Source: an uncultured virus (IMG/VR IMGVR_UViG_3300042505_000848)
Taxonomy: Duplodnaviria > Heunggongvirae > Uroviricota > Caudoviricetes
Strand: one strand, 5' to 3'
Length of the DNA: 56,047 bases
Virus record (IMG/VR): IMGVR_UViG_3300042505_000848
The position numbers were made by a program, and so were the translations under genes. Positions 1-9,168 of this stretch are shown here, piece by piece (positions within the stretch are counted from its first letter, which is position 1; each line of letters begins with the position of its first letter). The notes below the pieces were generated by a model that saw only the letters and a program-made list of their open reading frames with translations, made no database searches and had not been told where the DNA came from.

Positions 1-2
1 CA

Positions 3-371
3 GATGAAATACAAAGAAAATTTCCCAAAACTAGAGAATATGTTCAAACCATGCCCGGAGTTAGTACGTTAAAATGTATAGCTATAGGCCCGAATTCTAT
101 AGTTCCGTTGCATCTAGATGATATGAGTCGAGCACCTTACGATTTAAACAACTGGTATAGTGTATTCACCGGAGTAACTGTTCCTAGTGAGAGTGCAGAT
201 TTAATTGGTGTCAAGGTAGATAATGATATATACAATCATGCCGAAGCGGAATCTATTGTTTTTGATACACAGATTCCACACTGCGCCTGGAATAACACTG
301 ATCAATGGTGGATCAGTTTAAGATTTAGCACAAATAAAGAAAATTTTCAAAATGTTAATATCGTCAAATAA
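3..371 (+). CDS. Partial (5'-truncated) 2OG-Fe(II)/Asp-Asn beta-hydroxylase-like cupin
   Basis: Frame is open from the window edge; HxD (PLHLD), distal H (PHCAWN) and C-terminal R fit a DSBH oxygenase. Confidence 0.6.
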   Translation, partial: DEIQRKFPKTREYVQTMPGVSTLKCIAIGPNSIVPLHLDDMSRAPYDLNNWYSVFTGVTVPSESADLIGVKVDNDIYNHAEAESIVFDTQIPHCAWNNTDQWWISLRFSTNKENFQNVNIVK

Positions 372-1413
372 TCATTGGGACCAATTAGAAGAAATAGTTG
401 TTGGGATAGCAACCAACGCTAGAGTTCCGACTGTAGATGTAAGTACCATGAATATGTGTTATAGTAATTATTCTGTGGATCAAATAAAAAATCTAGAGGG
501 ACAATATCCTCAATGGTTAATAGATGAAGCCAATGAAGATATGCAAGTATTATCGGATACACTTTCTTCTCTTGGAATCAAAGTTCATCGGCCAAAAATA
601 ATTGATCATAGTAAAAAATTCAGCACTCCGGAATGGCAAACCACAGGATGGTATACTTGGTGTCCAAGAGACTTGTTGTTACCTCTCAATAATTTAATGA
701 TAGAAACCCCAAGTCCTTGTAGGGCCAGATATTTTGAAACTCGTGCGTATCACGATATCATGATAGAAGCAGTAAATGATGGAGTCGAATGGATCGCTGC
801 TCCAAAGCCTATATTGTCAGATGACAGCTATCAGTTTATAGATATAAAAGAAAAACCAAGTCTTCTTAATTTAGAACCAGTTTTTGATGCTCCTAATTGT
901 ATACGATTAGGCAAAGACATTCTTTTTCAAATTAGCAATACTGGAAATCATCTAGGAATGAAATGGTTAAAAAATGTATTAGAAAGAAGAGGATACAGAG
1001 TTCACGCAGCGGAGCATATATACAGCTTCGCTCACATGGACAGCACCATAATTCCGTTAAGACCTGGATTGGTTTTATTGAATAGCACTAGAGTTACTCC
1101 AGAAAACTGTCCTAAATTATTCGATAAGTGGGATAAAATTTATTTCCAAGATGTAGCCCAGACCGCTGTCCCAACGAGCGGCCCTGGCTCAGTGAGTCCC
1201 TGCAGCCCTTATATAGGAATGAACATATTAAGTGTAAATCCCAATACTGTGATAGTAGGAAAAGACCAAATATCTCTAATAAAAGTTTTAGAATCAAAAG
1301 GGTTTACTGTAATTCCAATGCCTATGAGACACGCTCGAACACTCAGTGGAGGATTTCATTGTGCCACATTAGACCTTAGAAGAAAAGGTTCCTTAGAGGA
1401 TTACTTTCAATGA
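352..1413 (+). CDS. Amidinotransferase (glycine/inosamine-phosphate amidinotransferase family)
   Basis: N-terminal NHWDQLEEIVVG, CPRD, FDAPN, HMDST and C-terminal GGFHC catalytic motif. Confidence 0.9.
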   Translation: MLISSNNHWDQLEEIVVGIATNARVPTVDVSTMNMCYSNYSVDQIKNLEGQYPQWLIDEANEDMQVLSDTLSSLGIKVHRPKIIDHSKKFSTPEWQTTGWYTWCPRDLLLPLNNLMIETPSPCRARYFETRAYHDIMIEAVNDGVEWIAAPKPILSDDSYQFIDIKEKPSLLNLEPVFDAPNCIRLGKDILFQISNTGNHLGMKWLKNVLERRGYRVHAAEHIYSFAHMDSTIIPLRPGLVLLNSTRVTPENCPKLFDKWDKIYFQDVAQTAVPTSGPGSVSPCSPYIGMNILSVNPNTVIVGKDQISLIKVLESKGFTVIPMPMRHARTLSGGFHCATLDLRRKGSLEDYFQ

Positions 1414-1892
1414 AAGGATATCATGGACAAATAGAAGATTTTTGGTCTGACTATTTACAAAATTTTGTTTATAAGCAACAAATACCTTACTCAGGAATGA
1501 GAGAATCTTGGCACGAAAATTTTGGTAATGGGCATCTCTTGCAGAGTTTTGATGATCAGTTACCACCAATATGGAAAAACTTTCAGTCTTCTCTAAGTGT
1601 ATCTAACGGTACTGTGGGTTGGATCAACATTCGACCTAACCAAATCATTGCACCACATTTTGATCATTTTTATACTTTAAAACAAAAATTAGGAACCACT
1701 ATCGAACATTGTGTAAGATATTTAATATTTTTAGAAGATTGGAAATTTGGTCAGTATATAGAATTTGAAGATCTTTCTATTAGAAAATGGAAAAAAGGTG
1801 ACGTTTGGTATTTCGATCATACTGAAGAGCATTGGGCCGTCAATGCAAGTAACTTTGATTTTCACACTTGTCAGGTCAACACAATAAAATGA
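1410..1892 (+). CDS. 2OG-Fe(II) oxygenase-like protein
   Basis: PHFD...H(WAVN) triad; IFLEDWKFGQ. Confidence 0.7.
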   Translation: MKGYHGQIEDFWSDYLQNFVYKQQIPYSGMRESWHENFGNGHLLQSFDDQLPPIWKNFQSSLSVSNGTVGWINIRPNQIIAPHFDHFYTLKQKLGTTIEHCVRYLIFLEDWKFGQYIEFEDLSIRKWKKGDVWYFDHTEEHWAVNASNFDFHTCQVNTIK

Positions 1893-3697
1893 AATCCATA
1901 TACTTTTTTCAATGTAATTATTCCGCTAAATTTGGCGAAAAAACGCAGTACTGGCTTCCGTATTCAGTTGGGTGTCTTTGGGCGTATGCTCAACAGTTTG
2001 ATGATATAAAATTAAATTGGGAAGTAAAAGGAAAAATTTATAGAAGAGACCCTATTGATTCTGTATTGAAAAAAATAGAAAATCCTACGGTGTGTGTTTT
2101 TAGTTGTTACTGCTGGAATGAACAGTATAATTTAAACATCGCAAAAAAAATTAAAGAATTGTGGCCTGATACTTGGATTGTGTTTGGAGGTCCCCAATCA
2201 GGAAGTAACCACTTGAAATACAACTTTATCGATTCTATTGTGTTTGGAGAGGGAGAAGAAAGTTTCTTAGAAATTCTTAGAACTATAGATGCAGATAAAA
2301 TACCTCAAGAGTTATATACGAAAAAAAGATTAGACAATTTAGAAATTCCTAGCCCTTATCTTATTGGATTTTTTGATGACATTATTGCTGAATCCCCCGG
2401 AGATTATTTCCAGGGCGTATTAGAAACTAACCGGGGATGTCCGTATTCCTGTACATTTTGCGACTGGGGTAGTACGACATATGGAAAGGTAAAACGTTTT
2501 AATTTAGAACGGGTGCAAGATGAAATAAAATGGGTGGTAGAAAATCCTATCACTACTTTGTTTATCACTGATGCAAATTTTGGAGCATTTAAAGAAAGAG
2601 ATTTAGAAATCGCTACTATGTTAGAAAAATACAGTAGAGATTCTTGTTTAGAGTATGTAAATGTTACCTATGCAAAAAACAGCAACGAGCATATATTTAA
2701 AGTTGCCAAGGCTTTGGGTTCTCTAGGGAGAGGAGTTACATTGAGTGTGCAAAGTATGAATACAAAAACTCTAAAAACAATAAAAAGAGATAATATGGCC
2801 AGTAACGATTTAAAAAATATGTATGCGTTAAGTCACCAATACGGAGTTACAACATATACTGAAGTAATACTGGGATTGCCTGAAGAAACACTAGAAACTT
2901 TTATAGATGGAATATCTGAACTTTTAGAGCTCGGACAACATACTCAATGTGAAATGTATCTTGCTAATGTTATGGAAAATACTGAATTAAATCAAACTCA
3001 AAAATTTCAGTACGGAATAAAAACAATTAGATGCGAAAACTATCAACCATTCTCTTTCAATGACTTGAGCAGCATTCCAGAATATACCGATCTAGTATGT
3101 GAAACCAATACAATGAGTAAAAATGATCTAACTGACGCTTATATGTTTCACTGGGTTGTGCAAAATTTTCATTATCAAGGGTGGAGTCAAATAATTTCTA
3201 AATATTGTAGACACGTATTAGGCATACCCTACAAAGAATTCTATATCAAATTTTTAAATTTTTTGAAACAAGATACTGGTATCTTGGGAGATGAATACAG
3301 AGAAGTAGAAAAAAATATTAAGCACCTATTCAATACAGGATCGTTACTGGTTGATATTCCTGTGCATCATTTCAACGGTAAAAGTCATGCGTTGATCTAT
3401 GACAATTTTGAAACAGTTTTGCTTTTTATAATTGATTTTTCTAAATCATTTGGTCATATAGATTCTACAATAATTGAAATTCAAAAAAGATTCGTTGCGA
3501 ATCTTAAATATTTGCCTCTTGAATATATTGAATCGAATTATAATTTAGAAAACTGGGAAAAAACAAAGATGGCCTATAAAATAGAATGCCAAGTAAAGGA
3601 TTTTATTCCTACATACACAAACATTTGGATTTTAAGAAGATCAGGCAAGTTAAAAAATAAAATTACAGAACTTGCTGCAGAGACACTTACAAAATAA
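1889..3697 (+). CDS. Cobalamin-binding radical SAM enzyme
   Basis: N-terminal B12 domain (SCYCWN, FGGPQ, GEGE); RGCPYSCTFC = CxxxCxxC; start at MKSIY (ATGA overlap). Confidence 0.9.
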   Translation: MKSIYFFQCNYSAKFGEKTQYWLPYSVGCLWAYAQQFDDIKLNWEVKGKIYRRDPIDSVLKKIENPTVCVFSCYCWNEQYNLNIAKKIKELWPDTWIVFGGPQSGSNHLKYNFIDSIVFGEGEESFLEILRTIDADKIPQELYTKKRLDNLEIPSPYLIGFFDDIIAESPGDYFQGVLETNRGCPYSCTFCDWGSTTYGKVKRFNLERVQDEIKWVVENPITTLFITDANFGAFKERDLEIATMLEKYSRDSCLEYVNVTYAKNSNEHIFKVAKALGSLGRGVTLSVQSMNTKTLKTIKRDNMASNDLKNMYALSHQYGVTTYTEVILGLPEETLETFIDGISELLELGQHTQCEMYLANVMENTELNQTQKFQYGIKTIRCENYQPFSFNDLSSIPEYTDLVCETNTMSKNDLTDAYMFHWVVQNFHYQGWSQIISKYCRHVLGIPYKEFYIKFLNFLKQDTGILGDEYREVEKNIKHLFNTGSLLVDIPVHHFNGKSHALIYDNFETVLLFIIDFSKSFGHIDSTIIEIQKRFVANLKYLPLEYIESNYNLENWEKTKMAYKIECQVKDFIPTYTNIWILRRSGKLKNKITELAAETLTK

Positions 3698-3720
3698 AAG
3701 CCCTCAGGGGCTTTTATTTT
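3691..3720. terminator. Bidirectional intrinsic terminator
   Basis: AAAATAAAAGCCC-TCAG-GGGCTTTTATTTT between convergent genes. Confidence 0.9.
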
Positions 3721-5191
3721 AAGGATTCAATCCGTAATATGGAACAGCATAATTTGTTCCGCCGATATTCATTTTAAGATAACCAACTACTCCGCCGCCA
3801 AGATTAACCTGTCCTGACGCACCACCAGCAACTACACTGTTATTCGCTACGTGAAGTAATTGTGTATGGTCTACTTTAAACGCTGATACTAAAGTTCCGG
3901 CATTATTAAGTGTTGATATCTCATAAGCTCCCGGAACAGCTCCGCCTGAAGTAACAGTTCCACTAGCTTTTGCTGTAACGATTACCGCAGGGATATGTGT
4001 GGTACCGTTATGTCCCAGATAATAATCTGCAGCAATTGTGTCACCGGATAGCACTATAGTTCGGCTATCTATAGTTCCTCTAGACCTAAGTTGTAATTTA
4101 GGAGACCCGTCGACTTCATTGTTAGCTAGATCAATGAGGAATAGATTATAAGAATCATTTATATCACCTTCTGATTGTATTACAAACTCGCCTAGATCTT
4201 TGTTTATAGTAATAGAATTCGTTTGTATAGGCCCTACGATTTTTCCGGTCCCAGTTCCATCTACAAGCATTGTAGAATCTTGTCCAAATACAGAACCTCT
4301 TATATCCCCCTCGACATTACCTGTGACGTTACCAATTAATGATGATCCGGCTGTACCAGTAACAATGCCGTTAACGTTGCCTGTAACGTTACCTGTGACG
4401 TTACCAGTTAATGATGATCCAGCTGTACCAGTAACAATGCCGTTAACGTTGCCTGTGACGTTACCTATGACGTTACCAGTTAATGATGATCCAGCTGTAC
4501 CAGTAACAATGCCGTTAACGTTGCCTGTGACGTTACCTACAAATCCGCCCTGTGCAGTTACAACTTCTGTGGTGGTATTTACAATAATCGTGCTGTCGTC
4601 AGCCACGATATTAACATTTAAATCACCGCCGGGTATTCCGATCGCTGATCCACCAATGGTAGATCCTGCTGGTAGATTTACCGCTGTACCGGTAGCTGTA
4701 ATGGTTGCGGCACCTAGTTTAATACTTGATCCGCTGAGATATAAATCTCTAAATCTAAATGTTGGACTACCTAGATCGTATACAACATCTGCGTCTGGTA
4801 TAATGTCGGTACTAACACTGCCAGATAAATTAAATTTTCCTGTGTTTCCGTCTATCAAAAGACTACTGTCGTTGGCAACCACAGACCCGTTGAATGCTGC
4901 TGCTTTGATCACGCCCTGGTAATCTGATAAATCTACAGTGGCATTTACTTTATTCAAAGCATCGTCGTAGGCAAATGTTATTGAATTATGTGTGCCAGTA
5001 ACAAACATGGCTGCTGATGCATCTCTGGCGTTTTCGTCAGTGTATTCTGTGACAGCAACACCTCCAAGGGTAGTGCCATTACCTATCCATAATCTATTGG
5101 TGTTTGTGACAAATATAAGCTCGCCCGCGGCCAAGGGCTGGGTCATGGCTGTTCTTTCAGCGTCAGTGCCTCTGCGAATCTGTAACGGCAT
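3719..5191 (-). CDS. Tail fibre / virion fibre protein
   Basis: N-terminal LQIRRGT...LAAGEL...LWIGNG module typical of phage fibres; GNVTG repeats; TAAATA upstream (5225-5230). Confidence 0.8.
   Translation of the reverse strand: MPLQIRRGTDAERTAMTQPLAAGELIFVTNTNRLWIGNGTTLGGVAVTEYTDENARDASAAMFVTGTHNSITFAYDDALNKVNATVDLSDYQGVIKAAAFNGSVVANDSSLLIDGNTGKFNLSGSVSTDIIPDADVVYDLGSPTFRFRDLYLSGSSIKLGAATITATGTAVNLPAGSTIGGSAIGIPGGDLNVNIVADDSTIIVNTTTEVVTAQGGFVGNVTGNVNGIVTGTAGSSLTGNVIGNVTGNVNGIVTGTAGSSLTGNVTGNVTGNVNGIVTGTAGSSLIGNVTGNVEGDIRGSVFGQDSTMLVDGTGTGKIVGPIQTNSITINKDLGEFVIQSEGDINDSYNLFLIDLANNEVDGSPKLQLRSRGTIDSRTIVLSGDTIAADYYLGHNGTTHIPAVIVTAKASGTVTSGGAVPGAYEISTLNNAGTLVSAFKVDHTQLLHVANNSVVAGGASGQVNLGGGVVGYLKMNIGGTNYAVPYYGLNP
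4316..4540 (-). repeat. Three ~72-nt intragenic repeats (GNVTGNVNGIVTGTAGSSLT)
   Basis: Near-identical repeats visible in both DNA and protein. Confidence 0.9.
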
Positions 5192-5238
5192 ATTTTTCTA
5201 CTCCTGGAATTTATCTACCATATATATTTATGCCAGCC

Positions 5239-5267
5239 AAAAAAATAGGGCTCCGAAGAGCCCTATT
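5239..5267 (-). terminator. Intrinsic terminator
   Basis: Plus-strand AATAGGGCTC-CGAA-GAGCCCTATT gives a UUCG hairpin with a U-tract on the minus strand. Confidence 0.85.
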
Positions 5268-5282
5268 AAACTGCGTAGTTTA

Positions 5283-5888
5283 TTACATTGTGGGTCCGTT
5301 TCCGTTCTTAAACCCTATGCTACCGCCTTCTGCTTCGATGTTCTTTATAACATCTTCAAACAAGATAGGAGCAAAGTCCGGAGTCTGCTCTACACAGACG
5401 CAATGATAACGCACATCGTTCTCATCGCTGTATAATACTTCTCCAGTCCTTGCATCTACACCACGAGCCTTACGCACACGATTTGCATGAGTGTGTCCGT
5501 GGATGTTAACACCAAACCGGCCCAAGCTGTCGCTGTGTACAGGAATATGGCTTAAGATCATTCCGTTCATAACATGGTAGGCACGTAATTCACGAAAGTA
5601 TTCACGATACTCGTCATCACGGAAAATATCGTGATTGCCACGGATAAGCACCTTGTCTCCATTCAAACGAGATAAGGTTTTTAGCGCCTTGCGGTTTATA
5701 ACCACATCGCCAAGATGATATACCTTGTCAGTGGGTTTTACCCGTTCGTTCCACGCCTTGACCATTGCTTCGTCCATTTCCTCAGGCGAGTCCCATGGGC
5801 GAAGTTTTGTAACACCATCGTTACGTGTGAAGCGGCATACACCAGTGTGTCCAAAGTGCGTGTCGCTTACTAAGAATACACTTGGCAT
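5283..5888 (-). CDS. Calcineurin-like metallophosphoesterase
   Basis: DTHFGH, HLGD, RGNHD, SH, HGHTH motifs. Confidence 0.9.
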   Translation of the reverse strand: MPSVFLVSDTHFGHTGVCRFTRNDGVTKLRPWDSPEEMDEAMVKAWNERVKPTDKVYHLGDVVINRKALKTLSRLNGDKVLIRGNHDIFRDDEYREYFRELRAYHVMNGMILSHIPVHSDSLGRFGVNIHGHTHANRVRKARGVDARTGEVLYSDENDVRYHCVCVEQTPDFAPILFEDVIKNIEAEGGSIGFKNGNGPTM

Positions 5889-5899
5889 ACTGCCTCCTT

Positions 5900-6070
5900 T
5901 TAGTAAGTTTCTTTTATAATTTTAAATTCCGTTGTCGGATACTTTGCTTTAAATTCATCAGTTTTAACAAACGCATTAAATTCGGTTGCATTGAAAAACA
6001 TGCGATGAAAAACTGATTTGTGGTCCAATGTAGTTACTGTGAGGTAAATCGATTTCGCTTTGCCGGCCAT
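5900..6070 (-). CDS. Small hypothetical protein, 56 aa (MAGKAKSIYLTV...)
   Basis: Translated by hand; directly downstream of a sigma70 promoter; AAGGGA RBS. Confidence 0.7.
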   Translation of the reverse strand: MAGKAKSIYLTVTTLDHKSVFHRMFFNATEFNAFVKTDEFKAKYPTTEFKIIKETY

Positions 6071-6097
6071 GTGATCCCTTTCACTGTTTAAGTATAT

Positions 6098-6126
6098 ATT
6101 ATACTATCAACACAGAGATTTGTCAA
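6098..6126 (-). promoter_or_regulatory. Sigma70 early promoter
   Basis: TTGACA-17-TATAAT. Confidence 0.85.
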
Positions 6127-6150
6127 TCGGAATTTACCAGGTCTCCACAT

Positions 6151-6378
6151 CTAGATCATCATGTCTATTTGATTTGGTTGATTGTGTTTAGTTACAACTG
6201 CTCGACTGTCATAGACTTCGATAATGTGGTGATAAATGTTGGTGACTTTAGAACCATTAGGGTAAGTAGTCTGTTGCCAGATTTCTTGTTTGATAAAACC
6301 ACGACCCACAGTACCAGCGGGTAATACTCCTGTGAAGCTGGTATCGACTAGAGTTACTGGTCTAATAGAATTAGTCAT
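6151..6378 (-). CDS. Hypothetical protein
   Basis: ORF in operon context. Confidence 0.55.
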   Translation of the reverse strand: MTNSIRPVTLVDTSFTGVLPAGTVGRGFIKQEIWQQTTYPNGSKVTNIYHHIIEVYDSRAVVTKHNQPNQIDMMI

Positions 6379-6381
6379 TCG

Positions 6382-6600
6382 TTACAATCTATAAGTTACA
6401 CGACCTTTGGTAAGATCATATGGGCTGACTTCAATTTTAACACGATCGCCTAAGATAATTTTTATCTTGTGCTGTTTCAATTTGCCGCTGGTATAGCATA
6501 CAAGTATGTTGGGCAGATTATCCACCTTGACTCTGAACATGTTGCCAGGCAACACTTCTTCAATAGCACCAGTTAATTCGATTAGATCACTTTTTGACAT
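6382..6600 (-). CDS. infA: Translation initiation factor IF-1
   Basis: MSKSDLIE...[10 protein letters not shown]...[34 protein letters not shown]. Confidence 0.97.
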   Translation of the reverse strand: MSKSDLIELTGAIEEVLPGNMFRVKVDNLPNILVCYTSGKLKQHKIKIILGDRVKIEVSPYDLTKGRVTYRL

Positions 6601-7048
6601 TTTTCTTTGATTTTAGTTGAGCGTCTGCCTTGTCTATGATTTGAAAAACCTTGTTGGCTAACACTCGTTCTTTACTAAAGGCTTCCACTTCCCAAGGCAG
6701 ATCATAATAGTGTCCCTTGAATTTTTTCCCCATCCACAGTCTGCTGTTGAGATTCTTTCCGTGTTTGATCTGCCCTCGAGCATACTGTTTGACATGCACC
6801 ATTTCGTGTGCCAGAGCAATGATCAACCTTTCGATATCGAGAGCGGTATCTATGCTCATGCCTATCACAGTCGGCCCCAATTTAAACACACTGCCTCGCA
6901 CCCCTTCTTTGACACTCATTCCTCTATCAGGAATCACTATCAGTGAGTATCGACTATTCTGTAATTTCAGTTCATTTCGAAATACTTGTAGACAGGTTTC
7001 AACCAACATTTTGCTGGCGCTTTTCCTCGCTAACACTTGAATTTCCAT
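6587..7048 (-). CDS. Zn-metallopeptidase-like protein (HEXXH)
   Basis: [10 protein letters not shown] and [10 protein letters not shown]. Confidence 0.75.
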   Translation of the reverse strand: MEIQVLARKSASKMLVETCLQVFRNELKLQNSRYSLIVIPDRGMSVKEGVRGSVFKLGPTVIGMSIDTALDIERLIIALAHEMVHVKQYARGQIKHGKNLNSRLWMGKKFKGHYYDLPWEVEAFSKERVLANKVFQIIDKADAQLKSKKNVKK

Positions 7049-7069
7049 AAGAGCTCCTTGTATATATCA

Positions 7070-7098
7070 ATTATACAATCTTATTTGAATGTTGTCAA
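7070..7098 (-). promoter_or_regulatory. Sigma70 early promoter
   Basis: TTGACA-17-TATAAT. Confidence 0.85.
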
Positions 7099-7099
7099 G

Positions 7100-7173
7100 T
7101 GGTGCTCCAACCAAGAATCGAACTTGAAATACATCCTTACCAAGGATGCGTTATGCCATTTAACTATAGGAGC
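7100..7173 (-). tRNA. tRNA-Thr(GGT)
   Basis: Cloverleaf; loop TTGGTAA; encoded CCA. Confidence 0.9.
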
Positions 7174-7738
7174 ATTCTATGTCTGCTGCCAATACAAATC
7201 GATATTGGTTGCTCTGTACAATGCCCGGACGGTGCCATGTGTCACTGGGATATATGATCCAGTGGCCTTGAGTGGGAGTGATGAAATACTTGCCATCTTG
7301 TTCTGCACCGTTGGGTGCTATTTCTGTGCCGCAATAGTCTCGATCCTTGACATCGCTGGGAATGTGCAGATAGTATATTCCGCTGAACATTTTATTATTG
7401 GGATTTTTTGGATGCCAATGATTGTGCCATAGTTTTTCTCGATTTTCGGCACTCTGAAGATTGGTCATAAAACTCCAAGCCATCATCTCTGATACTTTGA
7501 CTTCACGACCTAGATACATGAACACAGAGAACATAAAACTCATTCTGTATTTCAGCCATACGGGTTCTGGTCTGGAAAAAATATTTTCTTTGGTTTGAAA
7601 CTTGGGACTGTTTGTAAAATAATTGCCGTCGGCAATAATGTTCTTGATAATTTTGCAGGCCATAGCGTCATCTTCAGCAGTGATTACACTGCTAAAATTA
7701 AATTTGCGAACAAGCTCTGTTTGATCTACTACCTGCAT
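7160..7738 (-). CDS. Putative 2OG-Fe(II) oxygenase
   Basis: WHNH...SGIYYL...IYPSDTWH...R. Confidence 0.75.
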   Translation of the reverse strand: MQVVDQTELVRKFNFSSVITAEDDAMACKIIKNIIADGNYFTNSPKFQTKENIFSRPEPVWLKYRMSFMFSVFMYLGREVKVSEMMAWSFMTNLQSAENREKLWHNHWHPKNPNNKMFSGIYYLHIPSDVKDRDYCGTEIAPNGAEQDGKYFITPTQGHWIIYPSDTWHRPGIVQSNQYRFVLAADIECSYS

Positions 7739-7746
7739 GGTATCCT

Positions 7747-7820
7747 TGGAGCGGGATGAGAGAATCGAACTCTCGACCGAAGATTGGAAATCTGCTGTTT
7801 TGCCATTAAACTAATCCCGC
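7747..7820 (-). tRNA. tRNA-Gly(TCC)
   Basis: Loop TTTCCAA; GCGGGA 5' end; CCA. Confidence 0.92.
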
Positions 7821-7845
7821 ATTGTCTTTACTTATCAACTAACTT

Positions 7846-7922
7846 TGGTCGGAGTACAAGGATTCGAACCTTGGACCCCCTGGTCCCAAACCAGGTGCGC
7901 TACCAGACTGCGCCACACTCCG
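7846..7922 (-). tRNA. tRNA-Pro(TGG)
   Basis: Loop TTTGGGA; CGG 5' end; CCA. Confidence 0.92.
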
Positions 7923-7925
7923 AAT

Positions 7926-8153
7926 TTATTCTACTTTTTTAAGATATTCTCGACCTATCTTGCCTTCTTGGACATCTAATAGAGCACTCACCGGAGAGTT
8001 GATTTGAGTAGTCAGCCCTGCTGTTTTGTGTCTACGAGACAATTCTCTGGCTCTTACTGTAGCGATTAGCACAAGATCAAATCTGTTGCCTCCCGCTTGT
8101 TCTACACATTGTTGTGTATCTACGGTAGGTCCACGACTATCAGATAATTTCAT
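7926..8153 (-). CDS. rpoZ: RNA polymerase omega subunit homolog
   Basis: GNRFDLVLIATVRAREL...PVSALLDVQEGKI. Confidence 0.88.
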   Translation of the reverse strand: MKLSDSRGPTVDTQQCVEQAGGNRFDLVLIATVRARELSRRHKTAGLTTQINSPVSALLDVQEGKIGREYLKKVE

Positions 8154-8173
8154 TTTTTGCCTTTGTAAAAAAA

Positions 8174-8247
8174 TGGTTGCGGGACCTGGAATCGAACCAG
8201 GATCTAGAGCTTATGAGACTCTTGAGTTACCGTTTCTCTATCCCGCG
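8174..8247 (-). tRNA. tRNA-fMet(CAT), initiator-type
   Basis: C1:A72 mismatch, A11-U24, loop CTCATAA; lacks the three consecutive G-C pairs in the anticodon stem. Confidence 0.85.
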
Positions 8248-8251
8248 ATAA

Positions 8252-8388
8252 ACTTTATAGAGGCTCTCTGTTGGAATCGAACCAAACTGTTTAACTCCGT
8301 ATCTTCCTGGCACTTTCGGTGGTTAGTCGACTTAGCACCTAACTCGTGTGATCCAGTGTAGTTAAACTTCAAAGAGCTTTTATAAAGT
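8252..8388 (-). ncRNA. tRNA-like stem-flanked RNA (acceptor-like stem and T-arm, no D arm)
   Basis: GCTCTTTG/CAGAGAGC stem, TTGG-TTCGATT-CCAA arm, GTTTAACT/AGTTAAAC helix, outer ACTTTATA/TATAAAGT. Confidence 0.6.
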
Positions 8389-8592
8389 GTCTAGCTACCT
8401 ACACCACATAGGCCCTAGACTGAGCTGTTACTCTGTCCACTAATTTTTTCATCTGGACGGGTTTCGTTCCCGCCCCTAGGTAGTTTTCAGTATCCCCCAA
8501 CAGGGGCTGTAAGGTCAGGTCCTAGTGTACCCCCTGGTCTATCGTTACAGGGACGGATTGTTTACTAACGGAAACAATCAAACCGGGGTCTG
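8389..8592 (-). ncRNA. Candidate structured ncRNA
   Basis: GC-rich and non-coding; hairpins GGGCGGG/CCCGTCC, GTCTAG/CTAGAC, GATTGTTT/AAACAATC. Confidence 0.5.
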
Positions 8593-9168
8593 TTAGATCA
8601 AGCCTTCTGCCTGTAGTGTTGCTACTACATCGTCTGCCAGAGGAATCTCTGTGCGGATGTTCAACTCAAGCACTTCATCGTTGAGCTGTTGTTTTTGCTT
8701 CTTTAGGTTAAGCACTTCTGCTTTGGCCTGTGCAATTTGTTCTTTGCTGAGAACGCTGGTGCTCACAGTATCACTATAGCCGTAAAGACTGCGACGAGTG
8801 TTTTCGCCCTTGTCGTTCTTGATCTTTTCCAGCTTGCCTTTAATCACTTCCAAAGAAGTAATCTCTGTGGCTTTAGCCAGTTCTTCTAGCTGACCGATGC
8901 GCTTGTCAATGAACGCTGCCTTGGCTAATGCTGTGTTAATACCACTGGCTGCGTTGGCTGTTCCAATCAATGCACGGATGTTGTACATAGCCATGGTTAA
9001 CTTTTGTCTGCGACCATCGTTGGTAACCAATTCAGAATTGGCCTTGGTGATAGCAGCTTCTACGTCTTGAAACTCATTGAGTTCAATAGTGAAATCTACT
9101 TTGATACTTTTGATGGTATCATTGATGCTGTTCTGCACAGCATTTGCTTTTCTCAGTGTGATATTCAT
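8593..9168 (-). CDS. Coiled-coil protein (tentatively DIP1984/DUF6847-like)
   Basis: Start MNITLRKANA after AAGGAAG; all-helical heptads; C-terminal LNDEVLELNIRTEI. Confidence 0.7.
   Translation of the reverse strand: MNITLRKANAVQNSINDTIKSIKVDFTIELNEFQDVEAAITKANSELVTNDGRRQKLTMAMYNIRALIGTANAASGINTALAKAAFIDKRIGQLEELAKATEITSLEVIKGKLEKIKNDKGENTRRSLYGYSDTVSTSVLSKEQIAQAKAEVLNLKKQKQQLNDEVLELNIRTEIPLADDVVATLQAEGLI

Noticed and set aside
4200..5435. Plus-strand ORFs of 240 aa and 147 aa
   Set aside because: Antisense shadows of the repeat-rich tail fibre and the phosphoesterase
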